In this document: one piece after another, positions 13,841 through 27,911 of the stretch
Layout: each line of letters starts with the position of its first letter
How positions within the stretch are numbered: position 1 is the first letter of the stretch
NCBI RefSeq assembly: GCF_009914755.1
Contig: NC_060938.1
Length of the DNA: 64,000 nt
Source of the DNA: the human T2T-CHM13v2.0 reference genome, Homo sapiens
Strand: one strand, 5' to 3'
Translations under genes and position numbers: made by a program
The notes under the pieces: generated by a model
What the model was told of the DNA's origin: nothing
Databases searched by the model: none
What the model saw: the letters and a program-made list of their open reading frames with translations, nothing else

Positions 13841-15162
13841 ATGGCCCATAGGTGTTCAAGTGAAAGACAAAGTCACGTTATCTCTCACTTTAATTCAAAA
13901 GCCAGAAATGATTAAGCTTAGTGAGGAAGGCATGTCAAAAGCTAGGTATCTTGCACCAAATAGTTAGCCAAGTTGTGAATATAAATGAAAAGTTCTTGAA
14001 GGAAGTTAAAGATGATATTCCAACCAAGACACAAATAATAAGAAAGTGAAACAGACTTATTGCTTATGTGGATAAAATTTTAGTAGTCTACATAGAAGAT
14101 CAAACCCATCATAATATTTTCTTAATCCAAATTCTAATCCATAGCAAGGACCTAACTCCTTTCAATTTTATGAAGGCTGAAAGAGATGAAGCTGCAGATG
14201 AAAAGCTGGAAGCTAGCAGAGATTGGTTCATGAGGTTTAAGGAAAGAAGCCATCTCCATAACATGAAAAAACAAGCTGTAGCAGCAAGTGCTGATGTAGA
14301 AGCTGCAACAAGTTACCCAGATCTACTTAAGATTATTGACACATTAAACAACAGATTGTCACTGTAGATGAAGCAGCCTTATATTGGAAGAAGATGCCAT
14401 CTAGGACTTTCATTGTTAGAGAGGAGAATACCATGCCTCGCTTCAAAACTTCAAAGAACAGGCTGATTATTGTTAGGGTCTACTGCAGCTGGTGACTTTA
14501 AGTTGAAGCCAATGCTCATTTACTATTCCAAGAACTCTAGGGCTCTTAAGAATTATGCTAAATCTACTGTGCCTGTGCTCTACAAATGGAACAACAAAGT
14601 CCAGATGATGGCGTATCTGTTTACAACATAGTTTAGTGAATATTTTGAGCCCATTATTGAGACCTACTGCTCAGAAAAAAAAAATCAAAAATGTATTGCT
14701 CATTGACATTACATCTAGTGACTAAGAGCTCTCTAATGGAGATGTACAAGGAGGTGAATCTTGTTTTCATGCCTGCTAACACGTCCAATCTGCAGCCCAT
14801 GGATCAAGGAAAAATTTTGACTTTCAAGTCTTATTGTTTAAGAAATACATTTCATAAAGCTATAGCTGCCATAGGTAGTGGTTCTCCTGATGGGTCAGGG
14901 CAAAATAAATTGAATCCTCTGGAATGCATTCACCATTCTAGATACTATTAAGAACATTCATGATTCATAAGATGAGGTTAAAATGTCAACATAAACGGGA
15001 GCTTGAAAGAAGTTAATTTCGACCCTCATGGATGCCTTTCAGGGATTCAAAACTTCAACAGAAGAAGTAACTGCAGATATGATTGAAAGAGCAAGACAAC
15101 TAGAAGTAGAAGTGGAACCTGAAGATGTGACTGAATTGCTGAAATCTTATGATAAAACTTGA
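13841..15162 (+). pseudogene. Tigger1 transposase, disrupted
   Basis: [13 protein letters not shown] and VFMPANT..LQPMDQG motifs, multiple frameshifts. Confidence 0.9.
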
Positions 15163-15451
15163 ATGAATGAGGACTCGCTTCTTATGGATAAGCAAAGGAA
15201 GTGGTTTCTTGGGAAGGAATCTACTGCTGGTGAAGATGCTGTGAGTGTTATTGAAATGACAACAAAGCATTTAGAATTTTACCTTAACTTAGTTGATAAA
15301 GCAGTGATAGGGTTTGAGAGGATTCACTTCAATTTTGAAAGAAGTTCTACTGTGGGTAAAATGCTATCAAATAGCCTTGCATGCTACAAGGAAATTTTTT
15401 TAAAAGGAAGAGCCTATCAACATGGCAAACTTCCCTGTTTTCACTGTTGTC

Positions 15452-15732
15452 TTTTTGTTTTGTTTTGTTTTGTTTTTAGACGGGATCTTGCTCTGTCACC
15501 CATGCTGGAGTGCAGTGGTGTGATCATGGCTTATTGCAACCTCTGCTTCCAGGCTCAAGAGATCCTCCAACCTCAGCCTCCTGAGTAGCTTGGTCTACAA
15601 GCATGCACCACCACAGTCAGCTAATGTTTTGTAATTTCTGTAGAGATGGGGTTTTGTCATGTTGCCCAGGCTGATCTCAAACTCCTGGGACTCAGGCAAT
15701 CCACCTGTCTTGGCCTCTCAAAGTGCTGGGAC
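15452..15732 (-). mobile_element. AluJ, 5'-truncated, inside Tigger1
   Basis: Alu body with (TTTTG)n tail. Confidence 0.85.
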
Positions 15733-16927
15733 ATTGTTGTTTTATTCTGAGAAATTGCTACAGCCACCCCCACTTTCAGCAATCAGCATTGTGATCAGGC
15801 AGCAGCCATGAATATCAAGGAAAGACCCTCTACCAGCAAGAAGATTATGACTCACTGAAGACTCAGATGATTGTTAACATCCTTTAATAATGATTTTAAA
15901 ATTAAGGTGTATACATTTTTTTAGATATTATTGCACACTTAGATTACAGTATAGTGTGAACATAACTTTTATATGCTTTGGAAAACCAAAAAGATTATGT
16001 GATTTGCTTTATTGTAATATTTGCTTTGATGCAGTGGTCCAAAACCAAACTGGCAATATACCTGAGGTATTGTGCCAGCACGTATAATGGAAAAGCACTT
16101 AAAAATGAAAAGAAATACACACAGATAAATCTCTAATAATTACAATGATGAAAAGAAGTCAGACTAAAGAATCATATACAGTTTAATTCCATGTATTCAG
16201 GAAAAAGTATCTAGTACATGTAAAGTAATATATAACAAGAGAAGCCAGATCAGTGGTTGCCTAGGGATGAGGGAGAGGATCTGGCAAGAGGGATTACAAA
16301 ATAATATAATAAAACTTTTTGGAATGATGGATGTGTTCAGTATCTTGATTGTGGTGGTAACTTTACTGAAGTATGCACATTTCAAAAATTTTCAAATTGT
16401 ATATATTAAACATATAGAATGCATAATACATTAATTATACCTCAATAAAGCAATTAAAATATAAGTAACAATAAGATAACTAAGGAAAATAGAAATATTT
16501 AGAAATTGCATATGACATTTCTAAAGAATCCATAGTCAGAAAACACAAAAAATGAGCAAATATTTTTAACTAAATGTTAGTGGAAATAAAATATCTCAAA
16601 ATTTGTGAGATATAGATAAAGTCATACATACAGGAAATTTGGTGCCAATATATATTACATTTCAAAGGAGACCCATAGTCAACTATCTGAGATTCAACTT
16701 TCAAGGCATGGTAAAGAAAAGTAAATGTAAAATAAGAATAAGCAAGGAAAGAATGATAAAGGCAGAAATAAATGATATAAAATTTTAAACTAATATTTGA
16801 TTCTTTCAAGAACAAATCACATACATAAGCCTCTACATAGACTGAGAAAGAAAAAAAGAAATAAGACATAAATTCCTAATACTAAGGATAAAAGGATGGG
16901 CAGCACTGAGGATTCGATCAACCTTAA

Positions 16928-17271
<344 letters not shown>

Positions 17272-18087
17272 TTGCCTATAAATTTTAAAACCTAAATAAA
17301 ATGGGCAAATTCCTTGATAAACGGAAGTAACCAAAATTCACCCAATAGGAAATAGAAAACTCAGTAGGCCTATATAAATGAAATCGTTGAGTAAAATTCT
17401 TTTCACAAATGAAATTTCATGGCCAGATTGCTTGATTGGTGAATTCAATCAAATATATATGAGATAAATAATATCAACCATACACAAACTCATTCAGAAT
17501 ATATAGAGAAGAGAATCCTTTACAACTCATCTTACAAATCTGAGATTACTAAATCAAAAGCAGATAAAAACATCACAAGAAGAGAAATTATAGATAAGTA
17601 TTCATTCCTCTTGAATCTGGATGCAAAATCCTTTACAAAATTTTAGCAAATTAAATCAAACAGTATGTAAAATCAGTGATATTTTATGACTCAGTGGATT
17701 TTACCTCAATAATGCTAGGTTGTTTTAACATCTGAAAAGTAATCAATGTAATGTACTAAATAAAAGAATATAAAAGGGAAAAACTTGTGACAATGTAATA
17801 GATAAAGATAGTCTTTGAAAAAATTCAAAATACATGCATGATTTTTTTTAAAAAAACCCTCACCAAACTAGTAATTGAATGAGACTCCCTTAGCCTAATT
17901 GAGGACATCTACAAAAGTTTTATGACTAACATCATTCACAATGGTAAAAGACTCAATACTTTCTGCCAAAGACCAGAAAAAAGACAGGGAGGTCTTCTCT
18001 CTTTACCTCTGTTCAGCACTGCATTGGAAGTCCTAGATGGCATCATAAGGCAATAAAAAGAAAAAATAAAAGGCATATAAATTGAAC

Positions 18088-18467
18088 AGTATCTCAGTCC
18101 ATTTTGCGCTGCTATAACAATATACTATAGATCAGGTAATTTATAATAAACAGAAATTTAGTTCTCACAATTTCTGGAAGCTGGGAAATCTAAGATCTAT
18201 GGGTTGTGTCTGATGAAGACCTTCTTGCTACATCATAATATAGTGAAAGAGCAAAGACGGGGGAGCGAGAGACAGAGAGCACACAAGAAGACAGGAAACC
18301 CATCTTTATATATAAACCCACTCCCAGGATAATGACATTAATCCATTCAACAGGGTAGTGACCTCATGACCTAAACACCTCTTAAACGACCCACCTCCCA
18401 ACACCTCCACATGGGGAATCAAGTTTCCAACACATGAACTTTGGAGGGACACATTCAAACCATAGCA
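18088..18467 (-). mobile_element. MSTC/MSTD MaLR LTR
   Basis: Ends ...cattcaaaccatagca. Confidence 0.8.
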
Positions 18468-19979
18468 AAAGGGATAAAATGAAAACTTCTTCATTTGTCG
18501 ATAATATAGCCTTGTACCCAAAATCAAGCCATGAAAGAAAAAACTGATAGAAAGGACTTAAGAAAATCCTTAAAAATCTACAAAATAAATAAAACACTAG
18601 AAGCAATAAGTGAAGTGAGTAGCATGACAGAATAAATGGTCAATATAAACATCAATATAATCCATTTCTACATACGAGGAATAAACAATGAATACATACT
18701 AGGAATAAAACACCGAGAACTACAAAATTTCACAAAGAGAAATTAAAGATGACTCAAGTAAATACAAAGATATTCAGTGCCACCTCAATACAAATCTTTT
18801 TAGGCAGCTTTATTTTTTAAAATTGGCAAGCCAATTCTAAAATTTATATGAGAAAAACAGAGGATCTAGAATAACCAAAATAATTTTGAAAAAGAAGAGC
18901 ACAGATGTTCATACTTCCTACTTTCAGCATATACTATAAAAGTACAGTAATAAAGACAATGTAGTATTGACATAAGAATAGGCATATAAATGACTTAAAT
19001 AGAATTAAGATTCCAAAAATACATCCACACTTATATGGCTAATTAATTTTTGCCAAAGATGTTAATACTAGTCAATGAAGAAATGATAGTCCTTCAATAA
19101 TAGGAACAACTAGATTATCTGCACAAAAAAAACCCTAAATGAACATTGACGTTTATCTCACACCATAGAAAAATATAACTTAATATGGATTACTGACTTA
19201 AATATGTGAGCTGAAACAAGTATCTAGAAGAAAAACTAGAAGAAAATCTTTGTAACAATGGGTTAGGCAATGATTTCTAAAACTAGAACCAAAGCACAAG
19301 CCATGAAAGAAAAAACTGATAGAAAGGACTTAATCTTTCAAAAACAAGTTAAGAAAATGTAAAGCTATGCCACTTACTGGAAGAAAATATTTGCAAATCA
19401 TATATCTGACAAGGAACTTATGTGGAGATTATATAAAGAATTACTATCAGTCGATGACAAGAAAACAAACAAATCTATTTTAAAAATTGATATAACATTT
19501 GAACAGATACTTCACTAGAGAAGATATATCAATGATCAATAAGCATGCAAAAACAAGCTTGACATCAATAGTCATCAATAAAAAGTAAAGATAATTACTG
19601 AAAGATTCTATTCATAATACTTAAAAACATGTAAAGAATCCTATATATAAAACAATTTTTATGGAGTTACAGCAACATATAAATATATACAGTATGTAGA
19701 TGTTTTATGCATGCATATATGTATATAAATGTATAGAATGTTAATATTCATAGAATATGTATGATATTAAAATTAATATATGTCATTTTATAGAAACTTG
19801 TATGGAAATAATAGATACCAACATTCAAAATGGAGATTTTGAGGAAGAAATAAGAAGGACATTGGAATAGTAGAGTAATATATAAGAGATTTAAACTATT
19901 TCTCTAATATTTCATTTCTTACAGTCTGTTAGAATTTTATAGAGTATAGGGGCATACTCATAGGATATGTATATTAATA

Positions 19980-20318
19980 TAAAAATCCATAATTCCTTGG
20001 CTGGAACCTTTGGGGCAGATGGTTTCATATTTCAGAAGTTTTTTAGATTTTAGAAATGTAATATGATCCATGTACTGGATATGACTTAACAGCCCCAGCA
20101 GGATCTGAAGCAGCAACCTGTAATTAAACACATGAATATTTCTGCTACAGAAGACATGAATATTCACACGAAGAGGGCCCTGATAACGACTATAAATAGC
20201 CTCACTTCAGTTTAGGTCAAGGTCTGCTGCCAAACGAGTGTGCCACAAACTTTTCTTAAAATGTGATTTTCGGAACTGTTCAGATTTTGGTATTGCTGAT
20301 AAGGGATTGTGGATCAAC
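19980..20318. mobile_element. MER46C-like Tigger MITE
   Basis: ataagggattgtgga TIR and recalled body. Confidence 0.6.
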
Positions 20319-20599
20319 AGTAGTTTGGGGGAGGTTTAAGATATTTAAAAAAATTATAAGGGATAGATAGACCTCAGAATTGAACTCTCTTTAGTTACCT
20401 ACACAATTGGCTAAGGCATAAAAATAAACAGTTAACCATCTTCCTTGTTACCCTCCCTAAACAGCTGCCGAGAACCCTCCTCTGACACACCCCTGCTTTT
20501 ATTTTCTCTGCAGTGTTCAGATTCAAGCTCAAGTGGGTACCCCCCAATTCTCACCCCAGAGTGTAAGGGCTCTGACATTGCTTTCTCATCTCATGACCC

Positions 20600-20970
20600 A
20601 CACTTCTGAGTTTTTAGCCTTTACATCTGCAAATGCTCAAAGCTAAATTTATATTTAGCTTGTTCTGCTTCCCTCCAATATGCTCAGCAAAATACTGTCT
20701 GCCTGTTTAACTCTTTAACTTAGAAGTGGATTTTATCTAATGCCTGATCTAGCCAATTTCCCCCATAACCTGCATGTGCTGTTCTGCCTATAGTCACTGC
20801 TGACATCAACATACTCTGGATGCTGTGGTGATAAAGGGGTCATTGAAAATCCTTTTCAGAGTAAAAGTCACTTTCTGTGTGGGGTCCAGCCTGAGGATGC
20901 TTTCCACCGGAACCATGTGATGAGACTTCCTGTGTCCCACCATCAAACCTCCCCCAGGCAGCAGCAGTAG
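20600..20970 (-). pseudogene. Module 8, F1-end/F2 remnant, 5' part lost at an AluSp
   Basis: Reads QKVTFTLKRIFNDP../SDYRQ ... RQYFAEHIG/EAEQAKYKF, comparable to myosin-VII AYFNKHAGKSKEEAKLAF. Confidence 0.5.
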
Positions 20971-21295
<325 letters not shown>

Positions 21296-21296
21296 C

Positions 21297-21651
21297 AAAA
21301 CATAACTTCTAATAGCCTACTGTTGACCAGAAGCATTACCAATAACATAAACAGTTGATTAGCACATCTTATGTGTGTTCTGTGTATTATATACTGTATT
21401 CTTAGATTAAAGTAAGCTAGAAAATATGCTATTAAGAAAATCATAAGGAAGGGAAAATATATTTACTGTTCATTAAATGGAAGTGTATTGTCATAAAGGA
21501 CTTCATCCTCATCACCTTCACGTTGAGTAGGCTAAGGAGGAGGAAGAAACAGAGGGGTTGGTCTTGCTGTCTCAGGGTTGGCACAGGCAGAAGAAAATCG
21601 TCGGATAAGTGGACCCACACTGTACAAATCTGTGTTGTTCAAGGGTCACCT
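21297..21651. mobile_element. Tigger2a (MER28), truncated at the Alu
   Basis: gttgttcaagggtcacctg TIR present on one side only. Confidence 0.8.
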
Positions 21652-22007
21652 GAATATTGCTTTGCGTCCTGTTTTCTTACATTATGTCAATCATCTCCAT
21701 TTTCCTACATGAGTAAAGATTCCTTGAAAGTGTGACGTTTAATGGCCGTGTAATTTTCCATGATAAAATGTCTCAAAATGTATTTACCCATTTCTGCAAA
21801 TTTGGCAATTTAGGAAGCTGCCTGTGTGTGCATGTGTGTGTGAATGACACTGCACGAAGCAGCCTCACACACATAACTCTCTGGTTACATCTCCAATTAT
21901 TCCTGTTACTGAAAGGTGATTTCAAGTGACTGGAAGGAGGCTTGCAGGAATGCAATCAGAGCTATTTAAAAACTTGGATCATTGGTGTGAGTGTTATTTT
22001 TTTTCAC

Positions 22008-22500
22008 CTCAAGGGAAAAGGTGTTGAATGTTCTATAAATGTTTATCTTTTGCTATATATTTTCTAACTTGTCAACAAATTGCTGAGTAGCAGGGGAAAA
22101 TTTAGTGGCTGTTTCAGGCTAAAGCTATGAGTCTATGGAATGGTACACATTTATCCCTAACTGGCCATTTGTCCAGCACTCCATAAATGCAGTCCATGCA
22201 CCAGGACCCTTTGTAAAAAAAAAAAAAAAAAAAAAATTTTCCTTGAACTACGACAGAAACAGAAAAATGAGGCCAACAGCAAATATTCCAAAGAGCTGAA
22301 TGTATTCCCCTTTAGGAATGATGGTGAGAGGTGGTAGTAGGCTGTGTAGTTGCTCATGACCGATTTAGCTCAAGATAAAAATTGGCAATCGTATAGTCAT
22401 CTCAAGAAGTTTTCATAAAACTTTACAGGTCTATGAAAGTTTATTGCATGAGAAACACAAACTTTGTCGCCTGCCAGCTTCTGTTATCTGAGTTTTTTTC
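22008..22500 (-). pseudogene. Module 7, F1/F2 exon remnant
   Basis: Reads FHRPVKFYEN/DDYTIANFYLEL/AYYHLSPSFLKGNTFSSLEYLLLAS ... YHSIDS*L*PETATKF. Donor GAG|GTGAAA. Confidence 0.6.
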
Positions 22501-22526
22501 TGAGGTTGCTCACCGCCCTGTCTGCC

Positions 22527-23087
22527 CATCCTTCCTTTTCCTTCCTTCTTTCCTTCCCTCTTTCCTTCCTTACCTCCCTCCCTCTCTCCCTCCCTCTCTC
22601 CTTCCTTCCCTCCCTCCCTCTCTCCCCCTTCCTTCCTCCCTCCCTTTCTCCCTCCCTCCCTTCCTCTCTCCTTCCTTTCTCCCCTCCCTCCTTCTCTCCT
22701 TCCTTTCTCCCCTCCCTCCCTCTCTCCTTCCTTCCTTACTTCCTCCTTCCCTGTCTCCCTCCCTTCTTTCCTCCCTCTCTCCCTCCCTCCCTCTCTCCTT
22801 CCTTCCTCCTTTCCTCTCTCCTTCCTTTCTCCCCTCCCTCCCTCTCTCCTTCCTTCTTTCCTCCTTTCCTCTCTCCTTCCTTTCTGCCCTCCCTCCCTCC
22901 CTCCTTCCTTTCTTCCTTTCTTCCTTCCTCCCTTTCCTCCCTCTCTCCTTCCTTCTTTCCCTCCTTCTTTCCCTTCTTTCTTCCCTCCCTCCTTCTTTCC
23001 CTTCTTCCCTCCCTTTTTTCTTCCTTCCTTGCTTCCTTCTTTTCTTTCTTCCTCTTTTCTTTCCCCTTCCCTCTCTCCCCTCTTTTT
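22527..23087 (+). repeat. ~560-bp CT-rich polypyrimidine tract
   Basis: Almost purine-free (CCTT/CCCT)n with a recurring ~29-bp subunit. Confidence 0.98.
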
Positions 23088-23169
23088 ATCTACTTCAAGT
23101 GCACAGAACTGGAATAAAGGTAGTGTTTAGTTCATGACACACTTTCATTTATTTAGCTAGCTATATAGA

Positions 23170-24690
23170 CATTTCTAAACGTATGCAAACATAAACCCAC
23201 CTTGTGAAATGAAAGCCAGGAGCTTGACAATAATTCCATCTAACCAAATGTCCCCACACACCATCCCAACCCCTGCCTTTTTTTATCCAAGGTAACACCT
23301 TCATTCTCAAGCTTCTGTTCATCTTTAACTTGCTTTCTTTTATAATACATTTATCGCGTTTATGTATATCCATTAAAAATGCTTTTTATTTAACTGGTGA
23401 TAAACTTTATAAAAATAATATCATGCTGTTACATGTATTCAGGACTTTTTCATGTAATATTATATGCTAATATTCAGCCTTTAGTTATGAGTCACAATAG
23501 TTCAGCAATTTTGACTGATGTCTAATATTTCATTGTGTGACTATATCTAATATTCCATTTATTTATCCACTCTCACTGACATGAAATGTTTTTGTTCTTA
23601 TAGTTCTGTAACCGTGAGCAGTGCAGCTATAGTCTGTCTGTATATGTGCAAGAATTTCTTTCAAGAATATTCCTAGAAATAGTTATCAAGGTTATTGATT
23701 TACTAAGATCTCCACTTTAGAAAGCAGTAGCAAAATGGATTTCAAAGCATTTGCACCAATTTTTCCTTTCTCAGTTATACAGAGAAGATTCTGCAGATTC
23801 CATCATATCCATCACCTGCAATGTTCAAAATCGCCAATCGAAAGTATAAAAAATATGACTTTGTGGTCTTGGCTCACCAAGTATGCTGAACAGATCTTTA
23901 TACGTTTATCGACCTTATTGTTCACATGTTTGCCTGTTTTTCAAAATTTATTGGATTTTTATACTACTTCTCTATTAGATGGTTATCTTAAATATCTTCT
24001 CTTAGTTTATAACCTTTCTTTTCACTTATTTAAGGTGTTTGTGGATTAATTTTAATAAGGTAAAATTTTTTGCCATTAGTTTCATAGTGAATACTTTATG
24101 TCTAGTTTAAAGGTCCAGTCAATTTTTGAGATCTAAAACATATTTCTGCAAGTAGTTTTAATTTTTTTAATACATAAGACCTTAACCCTTTAGGAATTAA
24201 CTATGTACATAGCATAAGGTAGGGGTTAAGGGTTCTATTTTTCAATTTAGATAGCTATTTTTCAGAACGATTTTTTAATCTGTTCTCCCCTCTTTAATCT
24301 CACATACTGCCCTGATGTATACCAAACTCCCCTGCACATGTAGCTTGGTTTCTTTCTTATAGCCCATTGGTCAATGTGTCTATTTCTCCTCTATTTTCAT
24401 ACTCCTGTGTTGTTTGTGGTTTCATAATAGATGTTAATAACTGATATCACTCCTTCCAGCTTTTCTCCTTCAGCAACATCCTGGCTAAACTTGCAGGTTT
24501 AATCTTTAACCTTTAGAATATATTTTAGAAATCAGTTTTCAAGTTCCATAACTGGACCTACACTGAATAGATAGATCACTTTGGGAAGAATTGATACATT
24601 TATAATATTAAGATTTCCTATCAATGAACATAGTATATTTCTCCCTCTATTTACATATTCTTTCCTATCTCTTATTAAAATTTATCTAAG
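23170..24690 (-). mobile_element. Old L1ME fragments
   Basis: Degenerate antisense L1. Confidence 0.6.
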
Positions 24691-25256
24691 GCGTTTCCTG
24701 CAGTTTTCTTTCTTTTTCCCTGTGGTTCCTCCAGAGTGTTCTCAGGGAAGGAATTCAGCAGTTATGTTTCCTCAGAATCTTGTCCACAACCAAAACCATA
24801 AGTTCTTCCATCTCCTGGTCTTTTTGCCTCTGATAATGCTTGTCAGTGTCAACACATGTCATGCCATTCACACTTAAACTTATGTTGCTTCCTCTGTTTT
24901 TAATGCCCTCTGTTCTCCTCTATTCCTGGTTAATACCTATTCATTCTCTGTCATTTAACTCACACATCACTTTTTCCATGAGCTTTTCCTGACCTTCTGC
25001 CCGGGTGAGTTTCCCATAATTCCTTGTGTTTACATCTCACACAAGCCTTTCAGAATTCAATTGAAGTGATCAGTTCACATGTTTGTCTCACCCATTAGGC
25101 TATGAGCATAGGAACAGATTTATTTGTTTTTGGTTTCCCAGACCCTAACATAGAGTCCTTCACACACAGAATACTCCTTAAATGTTTGTTCAAGTAAGCT
25201 TCAAAGTTATCTTAATAACCCAGAGGTCACAGGGTTGAGGTCTAGGCTAAATCAAC

Positions 25257-25432
25257 GTCATTAAATGAAAAATTATTCAAAAGAATAGCAAAGGGAACCA
25301 AATCCTAGTACTTCTTTTTTCCTGAAACAATGCGAGACCCTTGATGGGCATTTCTGTCTGTGCACCAGTCTTTTCATGTACATCGTGGGCATAATTCCTG
25401 GCCTCCACACCTACTTGGAAGTTTTTTGAGTT
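25257..25432 (-). pseudogene. Module 7, F1 exon remnant
   Basis: Follows an ~86-nt intron with a decayed acceptor. Reads SKNFQVGVEARNYAHDVHEKTGAQTEMPIKGLALFQEKRSTRIWF. Confidence 0.55.
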
Positions 25433-25518
25433 TTAAAAGAAGAAAAAATATAAAAAGTATTGAAAATTTTATAAATACAAGTATGATTACTATTCCACAG
25501 GGATTTACTTTATCTCAC

Positions 25519-25582
25519 CCCATCACAACTCTCAGCCTTTTCAGAGAAATATCAGGATATATTTACAGCATTAACGTTCTTG
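25519..25582 (-). pseudogene. Module 7, 64-nt exon
   Basis: atctAG / GG|GTGAGA. Reads RTLML*IYPDISLKRLRVVMG. Confidence 0.55.
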
Positions 25583-25796
25583 CTAGATCATAAGAAGATT
25601 TTTATAAAGATTTTAAGAAGATATATATTTGTGTGTATATACACACATATATGTATATATAAAACCTTAACAGATGGTAGTCTTTGGTAAGGAATCAGTT
25701 AAAATATGATAGAATGCAAACTGTGCTTTTTTAAATTTCAAACATGTAATAACTATCTTAACAGTAAAGATTCATTGTATTCTAATATTTAATAAC

Positions 25797-26092
25797 ATTT
25801 ATAAGGACTTCTTTATATTGCTTCAATGAAACAATGGTTAATCCATACATTAAAGATTCAATTATATTATATTATGTCCTTAATCCCATTTGAGGTGTAA
25901 ATTTCCTATCACTAAGACCATTTAACATTTTTAAGAAATGCTTGATTATTTTGACAACCAAGGCAGCAGTAGCTGTAATCACAATGACCACATTTTCCAA
26001 AGACAGAGCAGGTTCTTAACTTGAACCAGCAGATTCCAAATTCAGCTCTTGAAAATCCACAGGTCCTAAGTTGGTGGCTCTGGTTGGGGTCA
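25797..26092 (-). pseudogene. Module 7, ubiquitin-like (F0-like) exon remnant
   Basis: Strong acceptor tttacttctgtcctccacAG. Reads ENVVIVITATAALVVKIIKHFLKMLNGLSDRKF../VWINH/SLKQYKEV. Confidence 0.5.
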
Positions 26093-27911
26093 CTGTGGAG
26101 GACAGAAGTAAAAAACATGGCTAAGCTCTTTTAATAATTATGAAATATGTTGAATATAAAGAAAAGTAAAGATACTAAGTTTACAAATTTAAACTTACTT
26201 CCTTCTCTTATTCTCTCATTTCCCTTTCTTTTTCCTAGAGGTCTTTAGCATTTTGAAGATGTTGCATGTACTTCCCATTATATTTGTAATGCTTCTACTC
26301 TATATCTTTTTATCTATAAATAATAGACAGTATTGTTTGGTGCATGTATTGTACTGCATATATCATTCTGTAACTTGTTTTTGTTCACTCAAAATTGTTT
26401 TTAAGTTTTATCCACGTCAATATCCACAGATCTGGTTAATTCCTTTTAACAGCAGTGCCTCTGTCGTCATCAGAGGTCCTGGTCACAAACAACAGAAACT
26501 GACTCTCATTAAATTAAGCAGAAAATGATTCAATTAGAAGGTTGTTGGGGGTTTGACAGGAGAAACATACAGTCTGAAGATACAGGCTTTGGAAAAGAGT
26601 AGTTGGGCAAGAGGGAAAGGGTAGTTGGGCAAGAGGCCAGGCAACTGAAATCACACACCTAGTCTTACCAAAGGAAGTGTAGTTGGGTACCCCCGGTGGC
26701 ACCTCTGCAGTTTGCCTGCCACCAGCACAGCCACAATCAGTGGCTATGCTCCAGTGAACCATGCATGTTACCCCGTCTGTCACATTTGCTGGTACTCACT
26801 GATGCTGCTACCTCCATCTTCATTCTAGTAGTCTATGGATTCCCTCATTTCTCAGGCACTGTCTTATGCCCTGAGAACAGAGCACTGAATAAAACCAACT
26901 GTTTGCCCTCAAAGGGCTGACACTGCGGAGGGGATGATGGACAAGAAATGAATTGTATTTATACCTGCATCTATATCTATATCTACATAATTGGTGACAC
27001 GCTCAAGATTCAGGAGGAACACGTGATTGTTTAACGTCAGATGCTATGTACACTATAGGTGCCAGGAAGCCAGAAGAAATATCTACTCTCATCTACAGCA
27101 TGGAGTCACAAAATATTTGCTACTTTATTGTTTACATTTTAATTACTCCAAAGGGAGCAAAATAATGTGAGATGTTATCTTAATTTGCATTTCCCTGAAA
27201 CATAGTGAAAATGTGTTCACTGTCCTGTAGGATTTTCTCTTCTAAAATTTTTCGTTCACAATCTGTGCCTGCTTTTCTCCTGTTTTTCTTGTCTCTTTCT
27301 TATTACATTGTAAGGGAAAAACATGCATTTTCTTATTCCAGTATGCTAATCCTGGTTAGGTATGTATGTTGCAATTATATTTTCCCAGCCCTTGGCTTAT
27401 CTTTCTACAGTGTTTATGCTACTACTTTTTAAAAAATCAGCTTTATTGAGATACAATTTACAGAAAATAAAACTCACCAGTTTAGAGTGTACAGTTTGAT
27501 AAGTTTTGACAAATGTTCATAGTCACAGTGATGGAATAGAACATTCTCATTACCCCAAAAGGCTCCTGAATGTTCATCTGTTGTTAAGCACCTCCCGACC
27601 CCTGGGCAACCACTGATCTGCTTGTCCATATAACTGTTTTAAATTTTTAATTATGTAAAATTAATCATACAGTATGTAGCCTTGGTGTCTGAATTTCTTC
27701 ATATAGCATAATGGTTTTGAGATTCATCAACGTTGATGCCTGTATCAGCAGCATGTCCCTTTTTATGGCTGAGTAGTATTTTCTTGTGTAAATATACCAC
27801 AATTTGTTTATTTATTCATCAGTTGGTGGATATTTGAGTTGTTTTCAGTTTTTTTGTTGGTTTTTTTTTCACATTTACAAATGAAGCTACCATGAATATT
27901 CAAGTACAAGT

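Larger units (their letters stand above)
13424..16078 (+). mobile_element. Near full-length Tigger1 (TcMar) with AluJ insertion
   Basis: TA|CAGGCATA TIR, 3' TIR gaggtat..tgccag, transposase remnants. Confidence 0.95.

Noticed and set aside
13841-15588. Domesticated TIGD-type transposase gene
   Set aside because: Multiple frameshifts and stops, consistent with neutral Tigger1 decay.
20806-20900. Kinase subdomain XI-like LRLDPTQKVT..IFNDPFI
   Set aside because: No other kinase motifs nearby. Fits an F1/F2 junction better.
22209-22240. Poly-T as a splice acceptor for a 201-nt exon
   Set aside because: FERM-like frames continue upstream, so it is more likely a homopolymer expansion within a larger exon. 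Not excluded.
22433-23137. 234-aa and 217-aa plus-strand ORFs
   Set aside because: Stop-free only because of the CT low-complexity tract.
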